Assembly (NCBI RefSeq): GCF_964355755.1
Contig: NC_092673.1
Location: 1,178,001 to 1,242,000, forward strand
Origin: Antedon mediterranea
Lineage: Eukaryota; Animalia; Echinodermata
Reading direction: 5' to 3'
DNA length: 64,000 nt
In this document: one piece after another, positions 63,545-64,000 of the stretch
How the letters are laid out: every line of letters starts with the position of its first letter
Numbering within the stretch: position 1 is the first letter of the stretch
The notes under the pieces: generated by a model
What the model saw: only the letters and a program-made list of their open reading frames with translations
What the model was told of the DNA's origin: nothing
Database searches by the model: none
Translations under genes and position numbers: made by a program

Positions 63545-64000
63545 TAAGATGTAAGAATTTTACTTTAAACTTGTTAGAACTAAAGGTCTGTCTAAATAAG
63601 TGTGATGTGCCCAAATATAGTAGTGATATGACATCATCATACACATATATGGGCACATTACATTTTGTCACATAAAGTTTGATAGTCCCATACCTACCTG
63701 CCATACAAACTGTAGTATTAAACTGCTGTCTACGTTGTTGTTCAACCGTCTGTTGCAATTTTATTATTATTATTATACGGATATGAATATCTTTTTAATA
63801 AAAAATAAAAATATTATTAATATCTTGTTTAAATCTTTTGTTTGTTTTGTTTTTTTTATGAAAAAATAGAATACCTATGAATAAAATTATATCTAGAACT
63901 AAATTAAAAAAAATGCTGAAACAATGAATTCTCCTTCACCAAAAGGTGCTCAAGCTTTATGGGTGAATACAAAATAATTTTGAAAGACATACTCTACAAA

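Overview
AT-rich, intron-containing eukaryotic genomic DNA from an invertebrate animal (probably a deuterostome: it carries Deu/Nin-domain SINEs and vertebrate-like gene sequences; the taxon is an inference). Three conserved multi-exon genes could be reconstructed exon by exon with GT-AG boundaries and continuous reading frames: NHLRC2 (+, 25161-28853), PDCD4 (-, 30479-45467) and DHX34 (+, 47897-63544). There is also a single-coding-exon NAT8/camello-like GNAT acetyltransferase (-), head-to-head with NHLRC2, and two convergent single-exon disordered proteins sharing N[FL]PPIT and KWLxxVE motifs (PRR18-like C-terminus). The left ~7.5 kb is an accessory region. It holds an intact ORF that looks like a catalytically dead Tc1/IS630-type DDE transposase with an N-terminal PLDLS (CtBP-binding) motif, small orphan or decayed ORFs, and an array of nested palindromes. 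Introns and intergenic DNA are full of TAA-target (PIF/Harbinger-type) MITEs, Crypton-like hairpin elements, SINE/LINE fragments and minisatellites. The best candidates for something new are the dead-transposase/PLDLS locus with its palindrome array, the motif-sharing gene pair, AGGCCTAG clusters near gene starts, and a branch-point-containing minisatellite in the last DHX34 intron that hosts three different transposons. All family assignments come from motif recognition by eye; no searches were run, and coordinates may be off by a few bases.
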